Of a DNA stretch of 64,000 nt, positions 1 through 10,590 are shown in pieces; within the stretch, counting starts at the first letter, position 1; each line of letters begins with the position of its first letter. The DNA is from Schizosaccharomyces osmophilus. Lineage: Eukaryota. Location of the stretch: the NCBI RefSeq assembly GCF_027921745.1, contig NC_079238.1, positions 5,394,001-5,458,000 on the forward strand, read 5' to 3'. Position numbers and translations under genes: made by a program. Under the pieces are notes generated by a model, which worked only from the letters and a program-made list of their open reading frames with translations, ran no database searches and was not told where the DNA came from.

Positions 1-807
1 ATCGTCCTCTTTCTCTTCGTCTAGCTTTTGGGCACCTTCCTGAGTCGCAACAGTTCGTTGTTTTCCAATTTCAAAGGCTTTGGTACGATCAAACGCAGTT
101 TCTTCAAAAGTGAATAAGAAAAGAACAAAGGTAATGGCACAACAAATCAACCCCCACCAACCAATCCAGCGCCAACCTTGAGAGGAGGCAACGTATCCAG
201 CCGCCAGGGGACCGAGATACGTACCAACGGAGGTGGAAAGAATGTAAATACCAATTTTTATACCACGCTCATGTTCAAAAACAATTTCGGATAGAGAAAA
301 TTGGGTTAGAGCTTCTGAGGCGGATTCACTAATACCTACAAATGCCTGATTGGCAATTGAGTTTGGCGCATTTTTTGTCTTGGCAAACCATAAAGAGCCT
401 AGCATACCAAACACAAGACAGATCATATAAACGCAACGTCTTCCATACAACTGACTAGCAGGCATGAAGATATAGGTAAAGTAGCCAACGCAAATAAACA
501 AAACACCAGCAGCATTATCCATAGCGTCATAGGAAATGTCAAGTTGTTCATTCATTTGATCTTGGGCAGAACCAGCATCGTTTGCGATAGCACTGGTAAC
601 CAAAGTAAACACACAAATCATGGCAATATGCCAGTTTTTTCTATATGGTTCCCAATTCAAAGGATCATTTGGATCATCGGATGGCTGAGGTTGAAGCACA
701 ATATCCCCATCACGTTTTAATTCACTATTTTCCGAAGAAGCATAATGGTGATCTTTGACCATTATGGTCGTTCCTGGCAAACCGTCTAAAAACATGTCTG
801 CCTCCAT
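1..807 (-). CDS. MFS transporter, HOL1-like (SPBC1271.10c orthologue); 5' part only, runs off the window start
   Basis: Manual translation from ATG 807: MEADMFLDGLPGTTIMVKD...LQPQPSDDPNDPLNWEP..., then TM helices, YGRR and ERGYK motifs and GWRWIGW. Absent from the ORF track because it is truncated by the window edge. Confidence 0.85.
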   Translation of the reverse strand, partial: MEADMFLDGLPGTTIMVKDHHYASSENSELKRDGDIVLQPQPSDDPNDPLNWEPYRKNWHIAMICVFTLVTSAIANDAGSAQDQMNEQLDISYDAMDNAAGVLFICVGYFTYIFMPASQLYGRRCVYMICLVFGMLGSLWFAKTKNAPNSIANQAFVGISESASEALTQFSLSEIVFEHERGIKIGIYILSTSVGTYLGPLAAGYVASSQGWRWIGWWGLICCAITFVLFLFTFEETAFDRTKAFEIGKQRTVATQEGAQKLDEEKEDD

Positions 808-1686
808 GGTATCGAAAAGAACTGGTAAAAGCTTACAGCAAATCTAGCGTGTACTGCGCTGAAGGAAACCAATCAGTAAAGCAGAACAAGAAACGAGAAG
901 CAAAAAAGAGAAAATGAGGCATACAAAGGCAATTATATAAGAGAATTAAATCCAAATGCCAAAAAAAAATAAAGGGAAAGAAAAGAAAACCAAAAGGCCA
1001 AGGGGTTAGAAAACGATACTTAAAGACGAACTCAATAACCCTTTTACTAGTAATATACAACAGAAACCAAAGTAATGCCTCCTAGATTTCTAAAGATAGT
1101 TTGGTACTTGATGAATAGAAACTATTCTGAATTATAAAGCAATAATCCCGTCAAAATAAATGTTCGGGAACTTTGCAATTCATGAACCAACGACTTCCAA
1201 ATGCGTTAAGCAGACAGAAAATAAAAGTAATTCCTAGAAAGTCAACAACCAACCTATAAACGAAACTAACAACGTCTATATAGCTTGTCGTAATTTTCGG
1301 GTCTATCACACAAGACGACGTCCGATAGAAAAAATTCTACAAAAACGGAAAAGAAAAGCTCACTGAGCCAGAGTCAAAGGAATAGACGAAAAGAAGAAAC
1401 AAAATAAAAACGTGAAGCTCACTAGAATAGATCCCGAAACCCAATCCGAAGAAGGAGTACAGGAGATGTAAAAAAAAAAAGCTTTTCTTCACCAAGCAAA
1501 CTGAACAGTGACAAATACACCAGGAATTAAAAATTAAACACGACCCTGTCTTTGTTGTCTTCCACGTTATGCCCCAGCTGAATGGTCTGTCAACTCATTA
1601 AGAGCTCTAAAAGTGTTTGGGAAAAAGCAACTTCAGTGAAGCAGTGCCGTGGAAGAACTGACGATAAGAAAAATGACGTACGAAAG

Positions 1687-1697
1687 GTAAACAAACA
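1687..1697 (+). promoter_or_regulatory. FLEX/forkhead element GTAAACAAACA, next to an ATGACGT (M26/CRE) at 1673-1679, in the divergent MFS/pet802 promoter
   Basis: Exact match to the Mei4/Fkh2 FLEX core; function not shown. Confidence 0.3.
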
Positions 1698-2230
1698 AAA
1701 AGAAAAGGCACGTAGAAAAATAAAAAGAATAAAAGTATAATATATTCAAAAGAAAGGTTTTGAGGAGGTTGTGATTCAGACGTTGATGTGTGCCATATGC
1801 TGCGGGTTCAAAAAATGAAGTTGAAGCAGTTGCCGCTGGAGGAAACAGTTTTGGGTAAATATTCATCAATTACAAAAGAGATTGAATATATTTAAGAGAG
1901 AAATTTCATACGTACGCTACTCAGAAATGATGTTTGCAGACCATTCCGTTTGTATATTATCTTAGACATTTGATATTATGATTTTATGAAAAGTTTTGCT
2001 TTCTCTTGATTCTTTCTTCTCTTCTTGAAATTAGTACAACAGCTGGTATCGAAAAGGATTTCTTATAATACTAAATGATACTCATCGCTCATTCACGCCG
2101 TCCACCAAGCAGCAATTTGTGAATATTTCTACCGGCCTGACATATGTGCCACCGACGTCCAAGCGACTGCATTGTCTCCTTTCATTTTGGACTTTTCTTC
2201 TTTTGGAAGTAAAACAAGAATTTATTTGTC

Positions 2231-3292
2231 ATGCAAGACAAAGAAGTTCAATGGAAACCCATGCTGGTAGGCTTTTTTCCCTCCAACAGAAATGAGATTT
2301 TTTGAATGGTTTATTAACAAGCGATTTTGCTGCAGGTAGGTGGTGCGGCTGGTCTTGTTGCAGGTATGTTTTCTTTCTCCAATTGCAAAAATGCTTTGGA
2401 CAGGTTTTTGTTTTTGAATGGTTCAACGAACTAACGCATTTGATTAGAAACTTTGGTATGTCAAAGACAAGCATAAATATTATTCGTAATCAAAGAATTT
2501 TATAATTAACTGAATACGAAACCTACAGGTATTTCCTATATCAACTATTATTACAAGAGTGCAGTCATCGATTCCCTTTTACCAAGCAGGTGGATTCAGG
2601 CATTTGTATCGGGGCCTCAGTAGTGTTTTAGTGAGCACGCTTCCCTCAAGTATGTCAAGAGTAAAAGTAACGGTCTTGGATGATGATGATGTTAACTTGG
2701 TTATGTAGCCTCGTCGTTTTTCTTTATTTATGAATATGCAAAGCAAAAACAGAAACCGGGTGCTCAAAACCATCTTGTATCAGCTTCTGTAGCTGAAATA
2801 TTCTCTTGTGCTATTTTGGCGCCTGCGGAAGCTATTCGACAACGAGCCCAAACATCAAAGATGTCTTTGTCAAAGATTGTTTCAACCTTTTTTCATTCTC
2901 GCAAAGATGTTTGGCAGTCTTTCAAAGGGATGTCTATAAGAAATGTCCCAGCTACAGCATTTCAGTTCGTTCTCTACGAGAAATTTAAGTCGAAATTTAC
3001 AGAGTCCGACAAATTGTTTGGCGCTCCTAAAGGTGCCGCTTTAAGTGGAGCCATAACGGCAGCGGTTTTAACTCCCTTAGATGTCATCAAAACACAAATC
3101 AATCTACAGCCTGATGATTATAAGACAACCATTCGGCGAACTTACCAGCGTCATGGTGTCTTTGGGTTTTTCAAAGGTCTTTCATTACGTGTTTTCGCTG
3201 CTTCTTTGGGTCTCTCCATATATTTAGGAACGTATGAATATTTCAAAAATCATCTCCATATCCAGCGTCTCCGAGACCAGCATGTCGATTAA
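2231..3292 (+). CDS. pet802: Mitochondrial carrier, Pet8/SAM-carrier family; exons 2231-2266, 2336-2363, 2448-2455, 2529-2649, 2709-3292
   Basis: Spliced translation MQDKEVQWKPMLVGGAAGLVAETLVFPISTIITRVQS...PAEAIRQRAQ...PLDVIKTQ gives three carrier-signature positions. Splice sites are canonical and the frame is consistent. Confidence 0.85.
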
Positions 3293-3614
3293 AAAAAAAC
3301 TCTACGAGGTGACAATTGGCATTTATACTACGATGGATTGCTGATCCAAAAGACCAAAAAATAAGTGTACAGTCATTCTATGGATTGTGTTTACAATTCT
3401 ATGATATCTCTTTTTTGCTTGAAAACCTTCTTTACTTTCTAATATATTGAAATTTTGAACCCTCTTACTTACCTTTCGTTTTATTTTCCTAAATTCCTCA
3501 ACATTATCAATATGTAGTAAACAACAAACATGGCAGAATAATAGTAGTTATTTATAAATAAAAAAGGAGAATTGCTCAGCATAATCATTTTCGATTTTGT
3601 GTTCATTTTCATTT

Positions 3615-3625
3615 TGTTTGTTTAC
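3615..3625 (-). promoter_or_regulatory. FLEX/forkhead element upstream of kes1
   Basis: TGTTTGTTTAC is GTAAACAAACA on the minus strand, about 190 bp before the ATG. Confidence 0.3.
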
Positions 3626-3809
3626 CATTGAAGAGTGTGTACTATTCCATGGTAATTACTTTAGCGAAACTGCGTATTGCTGTTTACCGTAACGGTTTCG
3701 GCCACCTTACGATGATCATGCTTCTTCTGGGCAGATGCACTATCCTTACCCAAACTCACCTGGAATTTTGTCTGCCATTGAAACCACGTATCCTTTGCAT
3801 ATCCTCGTC

Positions 3810-5500
3810 ATGAGTAGTAAACAGACTAGTTCAGACGATTCCCGTGACAGCGAGGGAAATAAAAAGATTCGTGGAAACTCAAAGTACGTTGTTTTCAACT
3901 TGAGAATTGAATACTAACTTTGTTTATTCTAGAAATACTTGGCTGGTATGGTAATAAACGGAAGGAAAGACTTCTTTCCCGATGTTGTTTGATGATTTCG
4001 GTTATTAACAGATTCAAAGTCTTTCCTAAAGAGTATCGCTACGTTGTAAGTAATTCGGGACGACTTCATTGGAATGGATTGTGCTGCAACATCAAGGGAA
4101 AGGTTCCAACGAGAAACGATCTTGGTCTGCGTGTTTCAATAATTTTATGCTGCTCGTCTGTACGCCGTAACTCCGCTTGCTAACACTAGCTCTTAGTTCT
4201 GGCGATTTATCCTCCTTAACTGCACCTTCATTTATTCTTTCAAGCACCTCTTTGATTGAGTATTCAGCTTATTGGGTAGGCTTTTCCGAATCACCTGAGC
4301 AGGCTGTGTTCTAACAATTTCACAGGCAGAACACCCCGATCTATTTGTTTCGCTACCTTCGGGTAAAACTCCTTTAGAACGTCAGCTGTTGGTAACCAAG
4401 TGGTTTGCTAGTACCCTTAAAAACCAATATGCTACTCGTAATGAACGTGTATGTAATGAAAAATTATTCTGTTTCTCTTTGCTGTGCCTATTTCAATACT
4501 AGTTTACAATCCACAAAGAAGAATCTTGGGACATAGAACGGGATTCGGTTATTCAAGTATAGTGACTTTGAAACTAACGTGATTGTAGTATGGATCTGAG
4601 AAGAAGCCTTTGAATCCGATCTTGGGAGAATTATTCTTCGGGAAATGGTCGACGAATTTGGATAAAGATACAGAATTGACTGCTGAACAAGTCTCTCACC
4701 ATCCTCCCATCTCTGCTTATCACATATACAACGCAGCTGCGGGCGTTCGCTTAGAAGGCTACAATGGTCATAAGAGCGGCTTTTCAGGCTCTCATATTCA
4801 CGTAAAACAAATTGGTCATGCCCGTTTAACGTTGGAACCTCACAATGAAGTGTACTATATCACCTTTCCTCTAGTTACATTGGAGGGATTGTGGTATGGA
4901 TGTAAGTCTTTTGATATACTTGTAGTTTGATGTTTGAAACGAAAGCTAATCCATGCAGCTCCATATATTGAATTGAACAAAAAATCACACATCATTTCCA
5001 CAGCTGGATACATGACTACGATTGAATACAGCGGCAAGGGTTACTTTACTGGAAAGAAAAACACTTTCAAAGCCTCCGTTCATCAAAATGATTCGAAATC
5101 CGAACCTTTGTATCGTATAGAAGGATCCTGGACAGGGATGCTAAAACTCGCAAATAGCGAGGGCCTAAAGCGCGGCGTCTGGGAAGATTGGCTTGATTGT
5201 ACAAACTATGCACCCATTAACATAGCTGTTCCTCCCATCGAAAGTCAGGGTGAATTTGAATCTAGACGCGTTTGGAAAAACTTTGCGGTTGCCTTGGACT
5301 CGGGAGACTATTCTGCCGCTAGCCAAGAAAAGTCGAAAATAGAAGATGAGCAGCGCCAGCTTAGACGTCAAGAGCAAACGAATAGTGAAACTTGGCAACG
5401 AAAGTTTTTTGAATGGCAAGAGTTGGACGAGGGCTTTTTAAAGGCTACTCAACATTTGAGGTACCCGATAGAAGAAGGATTGTGGAAGTTTAAACGTTAG
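3810..5500 (+). CDS. kes1: Oxysterol-binding protein Kes1/Osh4, multi-exon
   Basis: GDLSSLTAPSFILSSTSLIEYSAYW, EKKPLNPILGELF and the OSBP signature EQVSHHPP; several short 5' exons with GT-AG introns. Confidence 0.92.
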
Positions 5501-6272
5501 ATGAGAATGCCGCCATTGCTTTCTCCGTAGAAACGCGCATCGCTGTTCGTTCTCTTTTTTATTGGCTCGTTTTCGTCGATATTACGCATCTGATGCGTGG
5601 CCATATATGTCCTGGTTCCGTCCTATTGTACGTTTATCATTGTCTTTTCAATATAAGTAGTCAATTTTTTATGCTATTCGCTACGAACTTTCTACAAATG
5701 CTGATCACCATGCATATTCATATTTGCAAAAAGGGATGTCATATAAATTCATTTAAATAATAAAAATCGTTTATGTGACATTTTTGTGATACACTATTTT
5801 TACTGTAGTTGAAATAGTTATATTGAACTTTATGATTTTATGCATTGAAATGAATGTTAAGCATTTATCTTCTCTGGTTTAAGAAGAAAAGAGCAACAAC
5901 CATTTCTGTCATTTATAAAAATTGTGACTTTTGTATTCCAAATCTTAATCACTGATGGTAGAAATGGTTTTCAGTTTACAATGGCCAGCTTGTTTCAAGT
6001 AAAGATTTTGACGAAAGATATGAAAAACAATTAGCTATAAATATTTTATTCTTAATTTCTTTGAAAGCAATTTGTATTTTTGAAATGAAGAGACAGCTGA
6101 GCTTGCCAACTGCGTCTCTTCATACATGTCCTGCATGACTATGGGTTTTTGAGTCTGAACTCTCCTCTCCACTAACCGACATTGCCAAAGGACCCAATTT
6201 TATGAGATTTGCATTGCTTCATTTTCGTATATAATATTTACGTTTTTAATTTATTATTGTATTACTTAAAAA

Positions 6273-6969
6273 ATGACTAAAACTGTCTATTTCCGAAAAT
6301 TGGGACGGCCAAGTGCTCATCGACAATCGTTACTAAGAAGCTTAGTGTATGTGTGGGATATGATATTTGTTTTTACAAAAGCTGTTTTAGAAATGGATGA
6401 TTAACTATTTGTGCAGAACATCTCTGGTGAAACACGAGAATATCCAGACAACATGGGCCAAAGCCAAAGAAGCACAGAAGCATGCTGAACATTTAATTAC
6501 GATGGCCAAAAAAGCAAGTCCTAAAAACAATCGACGCGATTTAGCGCAGGGAATGGTATTTGAACATAAGAGCACGTTGAATAAGGTGTTTGAGGTGCTG
6601 TTGCCTAGATATAATCAACGAAGATGCGGGTATACGCGTGTTTTGCGGATGCCTCCAAGATACGGAGACAATGCACCTCAAGCTATACTTGAATGGGTGG
6701 ATGGATCCAAGGACACGAGATTCCACATGACGGCGAAAGCAGTAGGAGTTGCTTTAGCGCACAAGCGACCTTTACATCCAATGACACGAGTGAATATGGA
6801 AAAAGTTTTGATGTTTAGGAAGAACGGTAAACAAGAGTTTGACCAGCTTGTGGAAAAGGCAAAAGAAGAAGAATCGACTCGACTTCAAGAAGAGTACAAA
6901 TCCGAAAAGGAAATCGAAGAAAAACCCTGGAAGCGTGGAGATCGTGTCCCTCTACCCAAATATGTATAA
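6273..6969 (+). CDS. mrpl8: Mitochondrial ribosomal protein bL17m; exons 6273-6346 and 6417-6969
   Basis: RKLGRPSAHRQSLLRSLV|TSLVKHENIQTTWAKAKE...GYTRV...RYGDNAP are L17 motifs. Confidence 0.92.
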
Positions 6970-7609
6970 ACCATTTTGGCCTTTCCAATATGAATCAGCA
7001 AAGCTAGCTCATCACTCCTAGGCCACCACGTGCTAGAGATAATTTAGAAACGAAACGTGAAGTTGACTAGGCAGTCAAATGGGAAAGATTGTATGCCGTT
7101 ACAATTTTCCTTTTCGATAGGATTTTATCAAGAATTTATTTCTTGATTCCTTATGGATATCATGCATGTACCGTCACTCGACAATTGTACAAGAATAGAG
7201 AAAAAAGAATAGTTTCGAAAAAGTGCGACCGTAGTTATTGTAAGTGGAAGCTTTCAGAGTTGATTTTCAAAAAAGAATAATGCATCAAGTGCGACACTTT
7301 GAAAACTGAATATATTCTTCTTCTACTATATACCTATCTCTACCTATGCCTATACCTTAACCTGTAGCTTTCCAAGTTCTTATAAGGATACAGAGTAACT
7401 TACTGTAAACCATTTACGGTTCTTCAGCACGACATTATTTTGTTTTAGTGAAATTGCTTCCTTTCACTAAGCCTGTTTAAACAATGGAGGAAATTACAGT
7501 AAATGGTATATGAGAGTGGCAACGAGCTTGACGGCTTCTGTTATCTGAGATTTGTGATCCTTTCCATAAGCGGAAAATATTGGACGATAACAATAAGGTT
7601 CAAGTAAAG

Positions 7610-7618
7610 TTACGTCAT
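7610..7618 (-). promoter_or_regulatory. Atf1-Pcr1 CRE/M26 site (ATGACGTAA), about 50 bp upstream of a TATATAAG at 7665-7672
   Basis: Exact motif match, in the presumed promoter of the DSR-rich lncRNA. Confidence 0.4.
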
Positions 7619-8153
7619 TCCGCATGATATATTATATTTAAACTTTTGAAAGTCAGACGGGATTTATATAAGGGAATTTTCCCTTTTTGCTTTAGAAAGT
7701 GCTTTGGTTTTAGGCAACTATTCTTGGAGTTTTTTATTTTTTTTAACAAACTACTGCGTCCTGTATGCTAAAGGAGGAGTTTTTTGGAACGGAAAGAAAT
7801 GATTCCAAGGAAGTATGTTGCCTAAAACCAAAACTTTGCAAAAGGCAATTTCGTCTCGATTTGTCTTTGGTGGTGGTGAAAGAGGGAGATAAATTTTTGA
7901 TTTTTTCTTTAAACTAGTTTTTGGTATTTTTATGATTTTAGATGAAGAGCATTCATGATCACTTCTCAAGCATGGTTGTAGCTTGAGAAGTGGATATCCT
8001 AAAGTCTAGGATTCAAGTACTGTGTTGTAAGTAAGTGTATATATATTTATGTTATAAAAGGTTATTTTGGAATTTTTGGCGATTGTCTTTAAACATTTTT
8101 TTTTGCGCTTACATGGAAGTATGTGAACGTACAAACAAATAAACAAACGAAAC

Positions 8154-8200
8154 GAACTGAAGTGAACTGAAATGAACTAAGATGAACTGAAATGAAACAA
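8154..8200 (+). repeat. Degenerate 10-bp tandem repeat, consensus GAACTGAAAT, about 5 copies
   Basis: Units start at 8154, 8164, 8174, 8184 and 8194. Confidence 0.85.
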
Positions 8201-8553
8201 AGGGGTTGATGAATTCTTGTTGAAATATTGAACGCTTCGAAACAAAAGATGAAAAACATGAAACCGTTATAGATGAACGAGATGAACGAGAAGGAATCAA
8301 ACAGGAAACCCGAGCTATGGAACGTTGAAATTGAGAGCATGAAATCAAAACGCTTTGAACTCTGAAACGATGAAAATGAATCTTTGAAGGAACAAAACAA
8401 ACCAAACCTCATCAACTTGAACTATGAATCCTACTATGAACTGAAACCCAGGTATCAACCAATCTCTTGAAACAAAGCAACTACACCGAAAAGCAAGGTT
8501 TAAACTGTTAAAAAACTTTGTATTAAAGCAAAATAAACATGAAATCTCAGTTG

Positions 8554-8663
8554 AAAAGATCAACCAGAAACAAACAAAACAATTGGAATGGATAAATGAA
8601 ACAATGGAGGTGGAGGCTTTTTTGTCTGTTCCATTTGTTTTGTTTGTTTCTGGTTGATCTTTT
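8554..8663 (+). repeat. Inverted repeat / RNA hairpin with 43-bp stem and 24-nt loop
   Basis: 8554-8596 pairs with 8621-8663: 39 Watson-Crick pairs, 3 G.U and one U-U. Confidence 0.92.
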
Positions 8664-8931
8664 AAAGTTTTTTAAACCGAAAGAGTCAAACCTTTTCGAA
8701 CTTGCGTAGGCTAAACAAATCCCAACTCGGTTCCCACTTGGATTCATCTCGTTACCGTTCGTTAATCTAAACCAACGGTGCAAATTGCTTCTCTCGTTTT
8801 AAACGGCCAAAACAGATGAAACGGTGGATGTCCATGGAGAGAAACAACGAGATTTGAGGATAAGTTTTGCTAAGGCAGAGATCAAAGTCCCATCAAAGAA
8901 AACAAGCACCAAAGGAAATTCAACAAAGATG

Positions 8932-8971
<40 letters not shown>

Positions 8972-9084
8972 ACAAAAGTCTTGTTGGGTCATTCATCAAT
9001 TTAAAATCTAGAGGATCAGACAAGATAAACAACCCCAATTGTCCTTAACTGTAGCAGTTCCCTTTCCTAAACCATCACTTTAAG

Positions 9085-10419
9085 ATGAAAAACCAAATTT
9101 TCTCTCGTGTTGCTGCTTATGGCAGAGCACGCTTGGTAGGGACTATGCCAGACAAAACAAAATTTATTAGTCAAGATGGGACGTATCCTAAGGGATTCTT
9201 GATTAATGGTGTTTCCTCTGGCGTAAAAGCCAATGCCAAAAAGGATTTAATGGTTTTGTTTTCTCCTACTCCCTGTAATGCAGCAGCTGTGTTCACAAAA
9301 AATGCATTCCAAGCAGCTCCTGTTCAGGTCTCTCGTTCCGTTTTACAAGAAAACCGCGGTACCGGAATTCATGCGGTGGTCGTGAATAGTGGTTGTGCGA
9401 ATGCCGTTACCGGTGAAGGCGGTATTCAAGATGCCAAAGCAATTGCAAAGACTACAGACGAATTGACACAACCTCTGAGGAAGCTATTGAACAAAAAGGA
9501 TTCCATGTCTTCTACTTTATTGATGTCAACGGGGGTGATTGGTCAACGATTGAAACTCGACAAAATTCAACAAGGACTTGGTGCTACTTTTAAAGATATG
9601 GGATCTTCCCATCAACATTGGATGAATGCTGCCCAAGCCATCTGTACCACGGATACCTTTCCCAAATTAGTTTCCAAACAAGTCAAGGTAGCTGATCGTA
9701 TCTATACCATCGCCGGTGCCACGAAAGGCGCTGGAATGATTAATCCCAATTTAGCCACTCTCCTTGGATTTTTTGTCACAGATGCTCCCATTGCTCCTGA
9801 TGCCGTCCAGTCCATCCTTCGCCACGCAGTCACAAACAGCTTCAACTCAATTAGCATTGATGGTGATACAAGCACAAATGATACCATCGCGTTTCTTGCT
9901 AACGGTGCTGCTGGTGGTTCTGAAATTACTTCCACTTCTTTAGAGTACGAACCCATTCGTGATGCTATTACTGGGCTTGCCCAAGACCTTGCAAAGCTGG
10001 TGGTTCGTGATGGTGAAGGCGCTACCAAGTTCGTAACCGTTCGAGTTCATGGGGCAAAGTCAGTAGAAGATGCTACAATCGTAGCTTCTACCATCAGCAA
10101 TTCGGCTTTAGTCAAAACTGCCTTCTTTGGCGAAGACGCCAATTGGGGACGTATTCTCTGTGCTGTCGGGTACTCTGGTGCTACTATTAATCCCACTGCA
10201 ACTTCTGTAAGCTTTGTTCCCGCCGATGGCTCCAAAACATTGAAGCTCCTTGTCCACGGTGAGCCTCAAAACGTGAACGAGACTCGTGCTAGCGAAATCT
10301 TAGCTCAAGAAGAATTGACTGTAGATGTTGATCTTGGAAGCGGTCCTTTCGAAAAGACAAACTGGACTTGTGATTTCTCCTATGATTATGTACGCATCAA
10401 TGCTGATTATCGCAGTTAA
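9085..10419 (+). CDS. aga1: Ornithine/glutamate N-acetyltransferase (ArgJ / yeast Arg7)
   Basis: NSGCANAVTG, STGVIG, TTDTFPK, KGAGMINPNLAT (autocleavage Thr), DGDTSTND, DGEGATK, DANWGRI and C-terminal YVRINADYRS. Confidence 0.95.
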   Translation: MKNQIFSRVAAYGRARLVGTMPDKTKFISQDGTYPKGFLINGVSSGVKANAKKDLMVLFSPTPCNAAAVFTKNAFQAAPVQVSRSVLQENRGTGIHAVVVNSGCANAVTGEGGIQDAKAIAKTTDELTQPLRKLLNKKDSMSSTLLMSTGVIGQRLKLDKIQQGLGATFKDMGSSHQHWMNAAQAICTTDTFPKLVSKQVKVADRIYTIAGATKGAGMINPNLATLLGFFVTDAPIAPDAVQSILRHAVTNSFNSISIDGDTSTNDTIAFLANGAAGGSEITSTSLEYEPIRDAITGLAQDLAKLVVRDGEGATKFVTVRVHGAKSVEDATIVASTISNSALVKTAFFGEDANWGRILCAVGYSGATINPTATSVSFVPADGSKTLKLLVHGEPQNVNETRASEILAQEELTVDVDLGSGPFEKTNWTCDFSYDYVRINADYRS

Positions 10420-10590
10420 TATTTGTTTCAAGTTAGAAGTAATGTTTTTGTTAGACGTTAAAAATCATGCATAATATAATTTCACGGTATCAATGTGTTA
10501 TTCATTAAGTATTTTAGATTACTAAGCTCACATCTAAAGTACTATTCATTCTATGGACTCGATTCATTATTCAATTTTTAGCATAGCTTT

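Larger units (their letters stand above)
7700..8970 (+). ncRNA. sme2: Probable meiRNA (sme2) lncRNA orthologue; ends approximate
   Basis: No credible ORF. 13 TNAAAC hexamers on the plus strand in 8089-8822, a U-rich 5' part and a long hairpin. Position between mrpl8 and aga1 matches my recollection of the S. pombe sme2 locus. Confidence 0.7.

Noticed and set aside
808..2200. Polyamine-sensing uORF (MLLLPS*-type, as in budding-yeast HOL1) in the leader of the HOL1-like transporter
   Set aside because: A manual scan of the minus strand found no AUG uORF ending Pro-Ser-stop. The 29-codon uORF at 922-833 starts inside a GTATGC that may be a 5' UTR intron donor.
8089..8783. Four Phe/Ser-rich minus-strand ORFs
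   Set aside because: Low-complexity shadows of the A-rich DSR/TGAAC repeats on the plus strand; no protein motifs.
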